Source: an uncultured Chloroflexia bacterium
GTDB taxonomy: Bacteria > Chloroflexota > Anaerolineae > CG2-30-64-16
DNA length: 64,000 nt
Assembly: GCA_963774265.1 (NCBI GenBank)
Contig: CAVZDU010000005.1
Span: 32,001-96,000 of the forward strand
Reading direction: 5' to 3'
The notes under the pieces were generated by a model, which had not been told where the DNA came from, searched no databases, and saw only the letters and a program-made list of their open reading frames with translations. Position numbers and translations under genes: made by a program. Below are positions 29,922-41,365 of this stretch, piece by piece (positions within the stretch are counted from its first letter, which is position 1; the number at the start of each line of letters is the position of its first letter).

Positions 29922-32480
29922 ATGAAAGCGGTTGTGATGGCCGGCGGAGAGGGCTCGCGTCTCCGCCCTCTGACGTTAACGCGTCCCAAACCGATGTTGC
30001 CGGTGGTCAATCGTCCGGTCCTCGGCCATATCCTCCACCTGCTCAAGCAACACAACATCACTGACGTGATCCTGACCGTCCAGTACCTGGCCGCGCAAAT
30101 CCAGGATTATTTCGGCGATGGACGGTCGTTCGGCATGAACATCGAGTATGTCGTGGAGGAGTCTCCTCTCGGCACAGCCGGCAGCGTGCGCAACGCGGCC
30201 GACCGCCTGTGCACAGATGAGTCGCTCCTGGTGATCAGCGGAGACGCCCTCACCGATTTCGACCTGACCCAGCTTGCTGTGATTCATCGACAGCGCGGGG
30301 CAGCTATGACGATGGCGTTGACGCACGTGCCCAACCCCCTCGAATACGGCGTGATCAACACCGAAGATGATGGACGCGTCCTCCAGTACCTGGAAAAGCC
30401 AAGCTGGGCCGAGGTGACCTCTGACACGGTCAACACCGGCATCTATGTGATTGAGCATGAGGCGTTGGAGGGCATTCCAGCGAATGTGCGATTGGACTGG
30501 AGCCAAGACGTGTTTCCCGGCATGCTCAGGACAGGCTCACCCTTGTACGGCCATGTAGCGGAGGGCTATTGGTGTGACATCGGCACGCTGTCGGAATATC
30601 AGAGGGCCAGCGCCGACCTGCTCAACGGCAGGTTGAATTTGGGTGACCTGGGGGAGCGGATCGGGCCGGATATCTGGGCCGGGGGGCCGGTGACCATCGA
30701 GCCGGACGCGCAACTCATCGGGCCGGTCTACCTTGGCGAAGAGGTAAAGATCATGCGCGGCGTCGTCGTGGCAGGCCCCTCGGTGGTTCGCGACTACACT
30801 ATCCTGGACAACCGGGCGCGCGTCCATCACAGCATTATCTGGCGCAACTGCTACATCGGCGAGGGAGTGACTTTGCACGGTGCGGTGATTGGCCGGCAGT
30901 GCAGCCTGAAGTCGCGTGCGACGGTGTTTGAAGGTGCGGTGGTGGGTGACGGCACAGTGGTCGGCGAAGATGCGATCATCCAGGCCGGCGTCAAGGTGTG
31001 GCCGAACAAGGAAGTCGAGAACGGGGCCAAGATCAATCACAGCGTGATCTGGGGATCGCAGGGCCGCAAGGTGCTGTTCGGCCGTTACGGCGTCACGGGT
31101 GTGGTAAACGTTGACCTGACCCCGGATTTTGTCGCGCGGCTGGGTGCGGCTTTCGGATCTGTGTTGCCCAAGGGGAGCACGGTGACTATTAATCGCGACC
31201 CTCACCGCAGCCCACGCATGATCAAGCGTGCGCTGATTTCAGGCCTTCCTTCCGCGGGCAACAATGTCATGGACCTGCGCAGCTTGCCGATCCCCGTAGC
31301 CCGGTACTACACCCGCAAGATTGGGGCGGCCGGCGGTGTCCATGTGCGCCTCTCGCCTTACGACCCCCGTGTTGTAGACATACGTTTCATGGGCACCGAC
31401 GGGCTGAACCTGACGCGCGAGCAGGAACGTGCCATCGAACGTGTTTTCTTTCGGGAAGACTACCGGCGAGTTTACCTGGATGATATCGGCAATATCGATT
31501 ATGCAGTCGATGCTGTGGATGTTTATGCGAAGGGCTATTTGCAGTCGTTGGACGTGGCAGCCATCCAGGGCGCCGGTTTCAAGATTGTGGTGGACTATGC
31601 CCATGCGCCAGCTGCCGAGGTATTGCCCGATCTGCTGAACCGGCTTTCGGTCGGCGTGACGCCTCTGAACGGGGTTGTCGATGCCGCCAGGCTTTCAGTA
31701 GCCCAGGACGAACTCCGTGCTGGCCGGGCGCAAATGGCGCGCATCGTGCAGGCATTGGACGCCGTTTCGCTCGGTGTACGGTTGGATGTAGGTGGCGAAA
31801 AGCTGTTTGTGGCCGACGACACCGGGGCCGACGTGCCGGATCGCGTGATGGCAGCCGCCATGGCCGCTCTGGTCTTTCGCGACTATCCGGGCTGCACCGT
31901 TGCTGTGACGGTCGATCAGCCCCAAGTGTATGAGCAGCTAGCCCAGCAGTATGGTGGGCAGATACACTGGACGCAGGTCGATCTACAGGCACTTATGTCC
32001 GCGGCCACTACGGCAAACGTCGTCATGGCCACCGACGGCAGCGGGAATTTCGCGTTCCCCAAGCTCTATCCCGGCATCGACGGCTTGTTTGCCGTGGGCA
32101 AACTTCTGGAATTGCTGGCCCATCAACACACCACCCTATCCAAGGTCATCGCAGCGCTGCCACCGTTTAACGTCGCTGCGGGCGTCGTCGAGGGCTCGTG
32201 GGAGAGCAAGGGCCGCGTGATGCGCTGCCTGATCGATCAGTTCTCCAAAATGCAGCACGAAACCGTGGATGGCATCAAGGTGCATCTTGGGGATCATGAG
32301 TGGGTGTTGATCCGGCCCGACAACGATACAACGGTATTCCATCTCACGGCTGAAGCGAAGTCTTTCCCTTCCGCACAAGAGCTGATCGCCGATTACGGCG
32401 GCTTAGTTCAGCGGTATATTCAAGATCCATGCGCTCCCCCCAAAGAACTACCGCACGGCAGAGACGGGCGCCAGAGCTGA
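29922..32480 (+). CDS. Mannose-1-phosphate guanylyltransferase fused to a phosphomannomutase-like domain
   Basis: [13 protein letters not shown]...[12 protein letters not shown], LbH repeats, PGM-like C-terminal half. Confidence 0.9.
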   Translation: MKAVVMAGGEGSRLRPLTLTRPKPMLPVVNRPVLGHILHLLKQHNITDVILTVQYLAAQIQDYFGDGRSFGMNIEYVVEESPLGTAGSVRNAADRLCTDESLLVISGDALTDFDLTQLAVIHRQRGAAMTMALTHVPNPLEYGVINTEDDGRVLQYLEKPSWAEVTSDTVNTGIYVIEHEALEGIPANVRLDWSQDVFPGMLRTGSPLYGHVAEGYWCDIGTLSEYQRASADLLNGRLNLGDLGERIGPDIWAGGPVTIEPDAQLIGPVYLGEEVKIMRGVVVAGPSVVRDYTILDNRARVHHSIIWRNCYIGEGVTLHGAVIGRQCSLKSRATVFEGAVVGDGTVVGEDAIIQAGVKVWPNKEVENGAKINHSVIWGSQGRKVLFGRYGVTGVVNVDLTPDFVARLGAAFGSVLPKGSTVTINRDPHRSPRMIKRALISGLPSAGNNVMDLRSLPIPVARYYTRKIGAAGGVHVRLSPYDPRVVDIRFMGTDGLNLTREQERAIERVFFREDYRRVYLDDIGNIDYAVDAVDVYAKGYLQSLDVAAIQGAGFKIVVDYAHAPAAEVLPDLLNRLSVGVTPLNGVVDAARLSVAQDELRAGRAQMARIVQALDAVSLGVRLDVGGEKLFVADDTGADVPDRVMAAAMAALVFRDYPGCTVAVTVDQPQVYEQLAQQYGGQIHWTQVDLQALMSAATTANVVMATDGSGNFAFPKLYPGIDGLFAVGKLLELLAHQHTTLSKVIAALPPFNVAAGVVEGSWESKGRVMRCLIDQFSKMQHETVDGIKVHLGDHEWVLIRPDNDTTVFHLTAEAKSFPSAQELIADYGGLVQRYIQDPCAPPKELPHGRDGRQS

Positions 32481-32514
32481 AATCATCACCCTGTTCCTAA
32501 GAGGTATTTAACCG

Positions 32515-33963
32515 ATGTCCATTACTTTTGGGACTGACGGCTGGCGTGCCGTCATCAGCGACGAATTTACGTTTGCCAATGTGCGACGCGTTGCGCAAGC
32601 CATTGCCGAGGTGCTGCTCGAAAATGCGGCCGGCCGCGATGCGGTGAATGAGCGGCCGTTGGCCGTGGTTGGTTTCGATACGCGTTTCCTCTCGGATCGC
32701 TACGCGCGCGCGGTGGCCGAGGTGCTGGCGGCAAACGGGCTGGATGTCGCTCTGGCAAAAGCCGATGCGCCAACGCCGGCTATCTCGTTCGCGGTTCCCA
32801 ACCTTGGCGCGATCGGTGGCGTCATGATCACTGCCAGTCACAATCCGCCGCGCTACAACGGCATTAAACTTAAGTCGGCTCACGGCGGCAGCGCGAGGGT
32901 GTCTGACACAAAGCGCGTGGAAGCCAAGATTGCCGAGGCGTTGGCCGAGGACCGCGAGCCGCAGCGGATGGAGATCGATGTCGCCTTGAGCGAGGGCCGC
33001 GTCACTCGTTTTGACCCGTTTGATGCATACGCCGACCACCTGCGCGGACTGATCGACTTTCGGACGATCCACCGGGCGAAGTTGCGCGTGGCGGTGGATG
33101 CCATGTACGGCGCTGGGCGCGGCTACCTCAAACGACTACTCGAAGAGGGCGGTTGCGACGTCATCGAGATCCGGGGGGAGATGAACCCCGGCTTCAACGG
33201 CATCCATCCGGAACCCATCGCAAAGCACCTGGGGCCGCTGATGGAACTCGTGCCGAATGGCGGTTTCGACCTGGGGCTGGCGACCGACGGAGATGCGGAC
33301 CGCATCGGCGCTGTTGGCCCGAGTGGTCGCTTCATCGACCCGCACTGCATCATGACGCTCGCCTTGCGCCATCTGGTCGAGACGCGCGAGTTGCGCGGTT
33401 CGGTGGTCAAGACGGTATCCACCACCCAGATGCTCAACCGGCTGGCCCGCCAATACAATCTACCGCTTCACGAAACACCGGTCGGCTTCAACTATATCGG
33501 CGATCTGATGATGGCCGAGGATGTCCTCATCGGTGGTGAGGAATCCGGCGGCATCAGTATCAAGGGCCATATTCCCGAGGGTGATGGTGTGCTAATGGGG
33601 CTGCTGCTGACTGAGTTGGTGGCCACCAACGGCAAGTCACCCGAGGCGCTGTTGGACGAGGTGATGGGCGAAATCGGCCACTTCGAGTATGCACGCAACG
33701 ATTTCAAGGTGAAGCCTTTTGAGAAGAAGGCATTGGTGTCGAGCCTGGTCGCAATGGCGCCGTCTTCGCTGGGCGGCATTGCGTTGGCATCCGTCAATAC
33801 GCGCGATGGTGTGAAGTACGTTCTGACCGATGATAGCTGGCTGCTCATCCGCCCCTCGGGCACCGAGCCGGTGCTGCGCGTCTACGCCGAGGCCCACACG
33901 CAGGACACTGTCCAGGCACTGCTCGCTGAGGGTCGTGCGCTCGCCGACGCAGCTGGGGCCTAA
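32515..33963 (+). CDS. Phosphoglucomutase/phosphomannomutase
   Basis: FGTDGWR, TASHNP, DGDADR, GEESG, RPSGTEP. Confidence 0.93.
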   Translation: MSITFGTDGWRAVISDEFTFANVRRVAQAIAEVLLENAAGRDAVNERPLAVVGFDTRFLSDRYARAVAEVLAANGLDVALAKADAPTPAISFAVPNLGAIGGVMITASHNPPRYNGIKLKSAHGGSARVSDTKRVEAKIAEALAEDREPQRMEIDVALSEGRVTRFDPFDAYADHLRGLIDFRTIHRAKLRVAVDAMYGAGRGYLKRLLEEGGCDVIEIRGEMNPGFNGIHPEPIAKHLGPLMELVPNGGFDLGLATDGDADRIGAVGPSGRFIDPHCIMTLALRHLVETRELRGSVVKTVSTTQMLNRLARQYNLPLHETPVGFNYIGDLMMAEDVLIGGEESGGISIKGHIPEGDGVLMGLLLTELVATNGKSPEALLDEVMGEIGHFEYARNDFKVKPFEKKALVSSLVAMAPSSLGGIALASVNTRDGVKYVLTDDSWLLIRPSGTEPVLRVYAEAHTQDTVQALLAEGRALADAAGA

Positions 33964-34006
33964 CCCTAGGTCGAGACGTTCGCCGAAGGTGTTTCACTTT
34001 CCCCCT

Positions 34007-34044
34007 CTAACGCAACACTAACAACCCGCTTACACTCATCTAAT
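34007..34044 (+). promoter_or_regulatory. Four direct repeats with 11-bp period upstream of dnaK
   Basis: CTAAC 34007, CTAAC 34018, CTTAC 34029, CTAAT 34040. Confidence 0.5.
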
Positions 34045-34093
34045 GCCCTCATCGTAACATGCAGTAGGTAATGCAGCGATGAGGAGTCAGACA

Positions 34094-35992
34094 ATGAGTA
34101 AAGTAGTGGGTATTGATTTGGGCACCACCAACAGTGTCGTAGCTGTGGTGGAAGGCGGGGATGCCGTCGTCATCCCGAGCGCGGAGGGTGGCCGGCTCGT
34201 GCCTTCAATCGTGGCTTTCACAAAAAACGGTGAGCGATTGGTCGGTCAGACCGCGAAGCGGCAGTCTGTCGTCAATCCTGAGAATACGGTGTTTTCGATC
34301 AAGCGCTTCATGGGGCGTCACTATAGCGAGACCGCAACTGAGCGCGGGACCATTCCCTATAAGGTCATCGAAGGCAAGTCGGGCGATGTGCGCGTGAAGA
34401 TTCCTGTGAATGGGAAGGAATATACCCCGCAGGAGATCTCAGGCATGATCCTGGGCAAGCTCAAGGCTGACGCCGAGGCATACCTGGGTGAGCCGGTCAC
34501 GCAGGCCGTGATTACGGTGCCGGCCTATTTCAATGACAGCCAGCGCCAGGCAACCAAGGACGCAGGCAAGATCGCGGGCCTGGATGTGCTGCGCATCATC
34601 AACGAACCGACCGCAGCTGCGTTGGCGTACGGGCTTGACAAGAAGGATAGCGAGACCATCCTCGTCTTTGACCTGGGCGGTGGCACCTTCGATGTCTCCA
34701 TCCTCGAGGTGGGCGACGGCGTGGTCGAGGTGAAGGCCACTAATGGCGATACGCACCTGGGCGGCGACGACTGGGACCAGCGGCTGGTGGACTTCATCGC
34801 CGATGAGTTCAAGAAGGAAAACGGCATCGATCTGCGGAACGACCGGCAGGCGCTGCAGCGGCTCAAGGAAGCGGCCGAGAAGGCTAAAATTGAGCTGTCA
34901 ACAGTGATGGAGACGGAAGTCAACCTGCCCTTCATCACGGCGGATGCCGGCGGTCCCAAGCATCTTCAGACAAAACTGGCGCGGTCCAAGTTCGAGCAAT
35001 TGACCGAAGATCTGTTGGGACGCTGCAAAATGCCGTTCGAGCAGGCGTTGCGCGATGCGAAGCTGAAGTCCAGCGACATCGATGAGGTTGTGCTGGTTGG
35101 TGGTTCCACCCGTATGCCGATGGTGCAGGAGCTGGTGCGCCGGCTGACGGGCAAGGAGCCTAATCGTGGCGTGAATCCCGATGAGGTGGTGGCACTCGGC
35201 GCGGCGCTGCAAGGCGGCGTGTTGAGCGGTGAGGTCAAGGATGTCTTGTTGCTGGACGTGACCCCGTTGACCCTGGGCGTCGAGACCCTGGGCAACGTGT
35301 TGACCCCGATCATCGAGCGCAACACGACCATCCCGGTGAAGAAGAGCCAGATCTTCAGCACGGCGGAAGACAACCAGGGCGCGGTGACTATCCACGTCCT
35401 GCAGGGCGAGCGACCGATGGCGGTGGATAACATGTCGCTGGGGCAGTTCAACCTGGAGGGTATTGCGCCGGCGCCACGGGGCCTGCCGCAAATCGAGGTG
35501 ACATTCGACATCGATGCGAACGGCATCCTGAACGTCAGCGCACAGGATAAGGCAACCGGCAAAGAGCAGAAGATCACCGTCACTGCGTCGACGAACCTTA
35601 ACAAGGAGGACGTCGATCGGATGGTGCGCCAGGCTGAGATCAACAAGGCGGCCGATCAGCGGCGCAAGGAATTGATTGAGGCGCGCAACCATGCTGACCA
35701 GATGGCTTACGTGACCGAACGCAGCCTGAAGGACCTGGATGGCAAGGTCGGCGGCGACGATCGGCGTGCGCTGGAGCAACTGATCGCAGAGGTGCGCCGC
35801 ACCGCCCAGGGCGAGGATGTGACGGCCATCCGGGACGCGATGCAGCGCCTGGAGCAGGCCGCGAGCCGCATTTCGCAAGGCGCGTACGATCAGGCCAGCG
35901 ACGGTGCCAGCGATGGCAATGGAAACGGTTCGTACGGTTCCCGGGAGCGCGGTTCTGACGATGTCGTCGAGGGCGAGTACCGGCAGGTCTGA
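34094..35992 (+). CDS. dnaK: Chaperone DnaK (Hsp70)
   Basis: [39 protein letters not shown]. Confidence 0.97.
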   Translation: MSKVVGIDLGTTNSVVAVVEGGDAVVIPSAEGGRLVPSIVAFTKNGERLVGQTAKRQSVVNPENTVFSIKRFMGRHYSETATERGTIPYKVIEGKSGDVRVKIPVNGKEYTPQEISGMILGKLKADAEAYLGEPVTQAVITVPAYFNDSQRQATKDAGKIAGLDVLRIINEPTAAALAYGLDKKDSETILVFDLGGGTFDVSILEVGDGVVEVKATNGDTHLGGDDWDQRLVDFIADEFKKENGIDLRNDRQALQRLKEAAEKAKIELSTVMETEVNLPFITADAGGPKHLQTKLARSKFEQLTEDLLGRCKMPFEQALRDAKLKSSDIDEVVLVGGSTRMPMVQELVRRLTGKEPNRGVNPDEVVALGAALQGGVLSGEVKDVLLLDVTPLTLGVETLGNVLTPIIERNTTIPVKKSQIFSTAEDNQGAVTIHVLQGERPMAVDNMSLGQFNLEGIAPAPRGLPQIEVTFDIDANGILNVSAQDKATGKEQKITVTASTNLNKEDVDRMVRQAEINKAADQRRKELIEARNHADQMAYVTERSLKDLDGKVGGDDRRALEQLIAEVRRTAQGEDVTAIRDAMQRLEQAASRISQGAYDQASDGASDGNGNGSYGSRERGSDDVVEGEYRQV

Positions 35993-36010
35993 TAACGGGG
36001 TGCTACAGGT

Positions 36011-36059
36011 AAAAAGGCGACTGGCGCACACGGAACTTTTCCGTGGCGCCAGTCGTTTT
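36011..36059 (+). terminator. Intrinsic terminator after dnaK
   Basis: CGACTGGCGC...GCGCCAGTCG stem flanked by A and T runs. Confidence 0.75.
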
Positions 36060-36157
36060 GCCTTGTTATGTCGGCCAATTGTCGGCCGCGTAACAGGGTT
36101 GTCGATGGCTAGTTTGTTATAATCTGATTATCACGTGAGTCGCAGAGGAGAGATACT

Positions 36158-36842
36158 ATGTACTTTGATCCCATGTATTTGGTCTTCATGGCGCCGGCGC
36201 TGCTGCTGGCGTTTTTTGCCCAAATGAAGGTGCGCCGCGCGTACGCCACCTACACCAAGACACCCAACTCGCGCGGGCTAACCGGGCTAGATGCGGCGCG
36301 GCATGATCCTCGGCCCCGAGGGCCTTGGTGACGTGCAAGTCGAGGGTACGCCCGGCGAGTTGACCGACCACTACGACCCGCGATCCAAGAAGTTGGCCCT
36401 GTCCGCGGGCGTGGCCCAACAGCCGAGCGTTGCTTCGCTGGCAATCGTCGCACACGAAATCGGGCATGCGTTGCAGGACCACCAGGGCTATGCGCCGCTG
36501 AAGCTGCGCGGGGCCATCGTGCCGGCTGTGCAGGTCAGCGTGTGGGTCGCACCGTTGCTCTTCTTTGCCGGGCTCTTGTTAGGCATGACCCAGCTTGCGT
36601 GGGTGGGCGTGATCCTGTTCGGTGCGAGCGTGGTCTTCGCGTTGGTCACGCTGCCCGTCGAGTTTGACGCGAGCCGCCGGGCGCTGGGCCTGCTGCAGAG
36701 CTACAGCCTGGCCGATGGTCGGGAGCTCCAGGGCGCGAAGGCGGTGCTCGATGCAGCCGCCCTGACTTACGTGGCCGCCCTTGCGCAGACCTTGATGACG
36801 CTGCTATACTACGTTTCGATTTTGGGCCGCCGCCGCGACTGA
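36158..36842 (+). CDS. YugP-like membrane zinc metallopeptidase (1-nt frameshift near 36295)
   Basis: GAGGAG RBS, MYFDPMY start, LTDHYDP, AHEIGHA, TLPVEFDAS, AAALTYVAA. Confidence 0.85.
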
Positions 36843-36853
36843 GACGGAGGGCC

Positions 36854-38170
36854 ATGAGGAGGACTTTGATGAGGCGTTCCCGAACTCTGGCTCTGGTTGT
36901 GGCACTACTGGCGCTCAGTCTTGCCTTGACGGGCTGCGGCCTGATTACAACATCGGCTCGGTTGCTCTCTGACACAGCCGCAACGCCGACGCCGGTCGTG
37001 CGCCCGACGCGTTTGCCCCTGGCCACGCCCGTGCCCTTTGCGCAGGCCGAGGAGCCCGCGCAGCAGGCCCCTGCCCAACAGGCGCCGGCTCAACTGGCGG
37101 CGCCTGCGCCTGCCCCGATCACCATCGCGCCCGGCGCGGATACCGAGACTGATATCTACACAGCCGTGTATCGTAAAGTCAGCCCGTCGGTCGTGCGTAT
37201 CGACAACCTCACGACGATATCGCAAAATCTCAGTTCGGGTGACACACTGCCCGAGAGCCAGGGTTCCGGGTGGATATGGGACACAAATGGCTATATTGTT
37301 ACGAATCACCACGTGGTTGAGGGTGCGGATGCGTTGTCGGTGACTTTCGCAGACGGCGTCGAGATGCCGGCCGAACTGGTTGGTTCGAATGCCGACAGTG
37401 ACCTGGCCGTCATCCGGATCGATTCGACGCTGGTGCAGCTTGTCCCTGCTGAGCGCGGAAGGCTGGACGAGGTCGTGGTGGGGCAGCGTGCGATCGCTAT
37501 CGGCAATCCATTCGGTTATGACAACAGCATGACCACGGGCATTGTGAGTGCGTTGGGGCGCAGCATTGAGTCGCAGACCGGCTACAGCATCCCGCTCGCG
37601 ATTCAAACAGACGCGGCGATTAACCCGGGCAATTCGGGCGGTCCGTTGCTCAACGAGCGCGGCCAGGTGATCGGCGTCAACTTCCTCATCCGCTCAGCGG
37701 TAGCGAGCAGCTCAGGTGTTGGGTTTGCCATCCCGGTCAATATCGTGGAGCGCGTGGTCCCATCCCTGATCGAGACCGGTGAGTACCACCACGCGTGGCT
37801 CGGCGTCAGCGGCAGGACCTACAGCCCGGCGTGGGCAGGTGCGTTGGGGTTTCCCCAGGAGGCGCGCGGCGCTTACGTGATGGCCGTGATCCAGAATGGC
37901 CCATCGCAGCGAGCCGGCTTGCGCGGCGGCAGCCGAGACACCAATATTCCGTTGGCAGCCGGCACGGGCGGGGTGCTCTACCTGCAGCGTGGCGGTGACC
38001 TGATCGTCGGCATCGACGATCAGCCCGTCACCACATTTGACGACATCCTGATCTACCTGGAGAGCTACAAGTCGCCTGGCGACAAAGTGCAATTACGCTT
38101 TCTGCGGGCCGGCCAGGACGAGCAAACCCTGACCGTGACCCTTGGTGATCGGCCAGCAACCTCCCCGTGA
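36854..38170 (+). CDS. HtrA/DegP-like serine protease with PDZ domain, lipoprotein
   Basis: LTGC lipobox, TNHHV, DLAV, QTDAAINPGNSGG. Confidence 0.92.
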   Translation: MRRTLMRRSRTLALVVALLALSLALTGCGLITTSARLLSDTAATPTPVVRPTRLPLATPVPFAQAEEPAQQAPAQQAPAQLAAPAPAPITIAPGADTETDIYTAVYRKVSPSVVRIDNLTTISQNLSSGDTLPESQGSGWIWDTNGYIVTNHHVVEGADALSVTFADGVEMPAELVGSNADSDLAVIRIDSTLVQLVPAERGRLDEVVVGQRAIAIGNPFGYDNSMTTGIVSALGRSIESQTGYSIPLAIQTDAAINPGNSGGPLLNERGQVIGVNFLIRSAVASSSGVGFAIPVNIVERVVPSLIETGEYHHAWLGVSGRTYSPAWAGALGFPQEARGAYVMAVIQNGPSQRAGLRGGSRDTNIPLAAGTGGVLYLQRGGDLIVGIDDQPVTTFDDILIYLESYKSPGDKVQLRFLRAGQDEQTLTVTLGDRPATSP

Positions 38171-38233
38171 GGCTCGACGGATCGATCACGCGTTGCCTAA
38201 CCGCCCGGCGATAGGGTCGCCGGGCGGCTTAAT

Positions 38234-39463
38234 GTGGGAAACATGTTGATGATACGACGAAATGCCGGCTTCGTCACTGCCGTCTTCGCAAGCATCTTCG
38301 TGCTTGCCGGTTGCAGCGCGCTGCCGGGATTGCTTGAGCTAGGCCAGGCTGTCGCGACGCAAGCCCCTCCTACGCCACAAGTCGTCGTGGTCATTGCGAC
38401 GCCCACGCCTGTGCCACTGGCTCCGGTCTCGGAGGCGATTAGCAGCGCTGACACCGAAGAAGCGCGGCGCGTTGCCATCTATGAGCAAGTCGCGCCCGCG
38501 GTTGTCAATATCACGACCCAGGTCTTGCGCTCCGACTTCTTCTGGGGTGCAACGCCAGAAGAAGGCAGCGGCTCCGGCTTTCTGTGGGATCATGCGGGGC
38601 ACGTGGTGACCAATTACCACGTGATCGAGGATGCGCAGGAGATATCGGTTAGCTTCGGGGACGACGTGATCCTGACTGCGACTGTTGTCGGTGTGGATCC
38701 GCAGAATGACCTGGCGGTCCTGCGGGCCGATGGGACGATCCCAGCCGGCGTACAGCCCATCCCGGTCGGCGCTTCTAGCAGCCTCAAGGTGGGTCAATCG
38801 GCCATCGCGATCGGCAACCCGTTCGGCCAGTTCGAGCGCACGATGACCGAGGGCATCATCAGCGCGCTTAATCGGACCATCGAAACGGAAAGCACGGTGC
38901 TGCGCGGGGTGATCCAGACGGACGCGGCGATCAACCGCGGCAACTCCGGCGGGCCGCTCCTCGATTCGAGCGGCCGGCTGATCGGCGTCAATTCGGCCAT
39001 CTACTCGCCCACGGGGACATCGGCGGGGGTGGCGCTGGCGATTCCGGTAGACAAGGTGAGCCGCGTCGTTCCGGCCCTGATTGAGAACGGCCGCTACCCG
39101 CATCCGTGGCTGGGCTTGGAAGAGCTGGGCTATGAGATTTCGCCCGCGCTGGCGCGCGCGTTGCGTCTACCTGTGGAGCAGGGGCTGCTGATCGCCCGCA
39201 TCTACCGGGACAGCCCGGCGGATCAGGCCGGGGTGCGTAGCGCGCGGGAAGAAGTGATCTTCGGCAACCGGCGTTATCTGGTTGGGGGTGATGTGCTGAC
39301 CGCGATCGATGGCCGGCCGTTGACGACCTGGGAGCAGCTCAACGCGTACCTGGATGAGGGTGCGAGCGTCGGGCAGACGGTGACGCTCGATCTCCTGCGC
39401 GATGGGGAGGCGATACAGGTGCAGGCAACGCTGGAGGATACGCCGGAGTCGCTGCAGCAGTAG
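38234..39463 (+). CDS. Second HtrA/DegP-like serine protease with PDZ domain, lipoprotein
   Basis: LAGC lipobox, TNYHV, QTDAAINRGNSGG. Confidence 0.92.
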   Translation: MGNMLMIRRNAGFVTAVFASIFVLAGCSALPGLLELGQAVATQAPPTPQVVVVIATPTPVPLAPVSEAISSADTEEARRVAIYEQVAPAVVNITTQVLRSDFFWGATPEEGSGSGFLWDHAGHVVTNYHVIEDAQEISVSFGDDVILTATVVGVDPQNDLAVLRADGTIPAGVQPIPVGASSSLKVGQSAIAIGNPFGQFERTMTEGIISALNRTIETESTVLRGVIQTDAAINRGNSGGPLLDSSGRLIGVNSAIYSPTGTSAGVALAIPVDKVSRVVPALIENGRYPHPWLGLEELGYEISPALARALRLPVEQGLLIARIYRDSPADQAGVRSAREEVIFGNRRYLVGGDVLTAIDGRPLTTWEQLNAYLDEGASVGQTVTLDLLRDGEAIQVQATLEDTPESLQQ

Positions 39464-39479
39464 TAGCGCGAAGCATCTA

Positions 39480-39541
39480 AGGTGCCCGGCACTTCGAAAA
39501 GTGCCGGGCACCTCACCTAGCCCGAGAAGTGCCGGGCACCT
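39480..39541. repeat. Palindromic REP-like repeat (GTGCCCGGCAC family)
   Basis: AGGTGCCCGGCACTT-CGAA-AAGTGCCGGGCACCT plus an extra half copy. Confidence 0.8.
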
Positions 39542-39604
39542 TAGCCTCTGGAGATGCTGCAGCGCTGGACGCGCCGGGATCGCTTTCGCACCAACCCACA
39601 CACC

Positions 39605-40216
39605 TCAGGCTTGTATTCCCACCAACACCAGTGGGACGGCCGGCACCCCTCGTCCCTGCCGGATTACGTTGTACAGTTCCCCTTCATAGTAAGAAACACC
39701 GGAGCTCATTTGCTGCTGAAGCGTTTTCATCGGCAGTATCTCGATGCCGACATCGATCTGATCGCCCACGTAGAAGGCCAGGTGCTTGACGAACAAGTCA
39801 TAAGCTACGAACGAGTATTTGCCGAACTGCACCTCGATGGCGACGCGATCTTTGACGAAATCCGTCTGGTTGTAACTGTGAATTGGGATTTCGCCTGCAG
39901 CTTCAATCGCCGCCTTCTGTTCGGCCGCACTCATGGTCAGTGTCTTGCGGATAAGTTTTTCGCTGCGCGTCACCCAGTAGCTCACTCGACTTTCACTCCA
40001 TCCTCGGGCACGCAGCAGACGATTGAAGCTGGTGTTGAGATCGACCGGGCTGTAGAGCAGCTTGCCCAGGGTTCGGACCTCCTTTGAGACCTTTGTCCTA
40101 CACTGCTCTGCGTCGACGGCTTCTATAACGGTCTGGACTTCTTCCCAAAGGGCGGGCCGTCTGACGAGGAGGAATTCGAGCCCGTTCAGGTGCGAATAGG
40201 TCTCAGCTATCTTCAT
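39605..40216 (-). CDS. Type II restriction endonuclease, BstYI/BglII family (likely RGATCY)
   Basis: YSHLNGLE, SYNQTDFVKDRVAIEVQFGKYSFVAYDLFVKH, GRGVPAVPLVL closely match BstYI as recalled; specificity inferred. Confidence 0.9.
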   Translation of the reverse strand: MKIAETYSHLNGLEFLLVRRPALWEEVQTVIEAVDAEQCRTKVSKEVRTLGKLLYSPVDLNTSFNRLLRARGWSESRVSYWVTRSEKLIRKTLTMSAAEQKAAIEAAGEIPIHSYNQTDFVKDRVAIEVQFGKYSFVAYDLFVKHLAFYVGDQIDVGIEILPMKTLQQQMSSGVSYYEGELYNVIRQGRGVPAVPLVLVGIQA

Positions 40217-41159
40217 CTTCTTCGTAGCCCCCTTGTCGCTCCAGGAGCGTCAGTTGCGCCTCGGTCGGATTGGGCTCCCAGGGAACCGCGGTCAGGGGAT
40301 TGCCGGCTGACTTAGGATCGTAGACTGGCCGGTTCATCGGGCGAGTGCGCAGCGTGCCTGCCAGTCCGCGGCGGATACGATCTTTGGCGAGTTCGACGTA
40401 CTGGGGAAAGATCTCAGCGCCAGCGGCGCGGCGTCCGTGAAAAACGGCTGCAATCACCGATGTGCCTGTGCCAAGGAACGGATCAAGCACCCAGTCGTCC
40501 TCGTTGGTCATTGACAACACAAGCCGTTCGATGAGTTCAACCGGAAATTGGCAGGGGTGGTCGGTTTTCTCGACATGATTGCTTTTGACGTTTGGGATGA
40601 TCCATACATCGCCCGGGTTCTTGCCTAAAGGATTGCCAGAGTACTGCCCAGCATTGGGTCCCTTGAAGTGCTTCTTGCCAGGATACTTCTGTGGCACGCG
40701 GATCGGGTCGAGATTGAAGACATAATCGTCACTCTTAGTGAACCACATGATCGTCTCGTAGCGGCCCGAAAACCGATTGCTGCAGTGGAGCCCGTGTTCG
40801 AAATGCCAGACGATACGGTTGCGCATACGCAGCCCGAGGCGGCTAAAAAGGGGATAAAGGATTGTGTCGAGGGGGATGATCGAGCCGCGATCCACATAGT
40901 TGCCCACCTGCCAGCAGATGCTGCCAGCGGGCCGTAACACCCGCACACTCTCTTCAATGACGCGTGCCTGCTGCTCTACATAACGATCAAGATCCAGTCG
41001 TTTTTCGTACTCCTTGCCGATATTATAGGGCGGAGAGGTAACGACAAGCTGGACGGTGGCGCGAGGGATCGTGCGCAGGAAATCCAGGCAATCGCCGGGA
41101 TATACCACCACACGTGCTTGTTCTTCAAAAGCATCAGCGATGGGGACTGTCTCAAACAT
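40203..41159 (-). CDS. Cognate amino-methyltransferase (beta class, probably N4-C)
   Basis: TSPPY precedes HPCQFP and DPFLGTGT; overlaps the REase gene. Confidence 0.9.
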   Translation of the reverse strand: MFETVPIADAFEEQARVVVYPGDCLDFLRTIPRATVQLVVTSPPYNIGKEYEKRLDLDRYVEQQARVIEESVRVLRPAGSICWQVGNYVDRGSIIPLDTILYPLFSRLGLRMRNRIVWHFEHGLHCSNRFSGRYETIMWFTKSDDYVFNLDPIRVPQKYPGKKHFKGPNAGQYSGNPLGKNPGDVWIIPNVKSNHVEKTDHPCQFPVELIERLVLSMTNEDDWVLDPFLGTGTSVIAAVFHGRRAAGAEIFPQYVELAKDRIRRGLAGTLRTRPMNRPVYDPKSAGNPLTAVPWEPNPTEAQLTLLERQGGYEEDEDS

Positions 41160-41365
41160 GACGCCTCGTCAACCGGATCGCCTCCCGGAGGCGAGCACAG
41201 CATCGGGAATGGGTGACTATCTTAGGGCAAGTATACCCCCCAGAGATAGATCCTGCCAATGCTGCCGGCATCGCGCCACTTGTTGCTGGAGGTGATCTGG
41301 AGGGAAGGGTGTGGAATCAGGGGAGTTCCTGCTTGTGCGTATAGGTGCCCGGCACTCCGAAAAGT

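Noticed and set aside
33964-34093. CIRCE element before dnaK
   Set aside because: TTAGCACTC-N9-GAGTGCTAA is absent.
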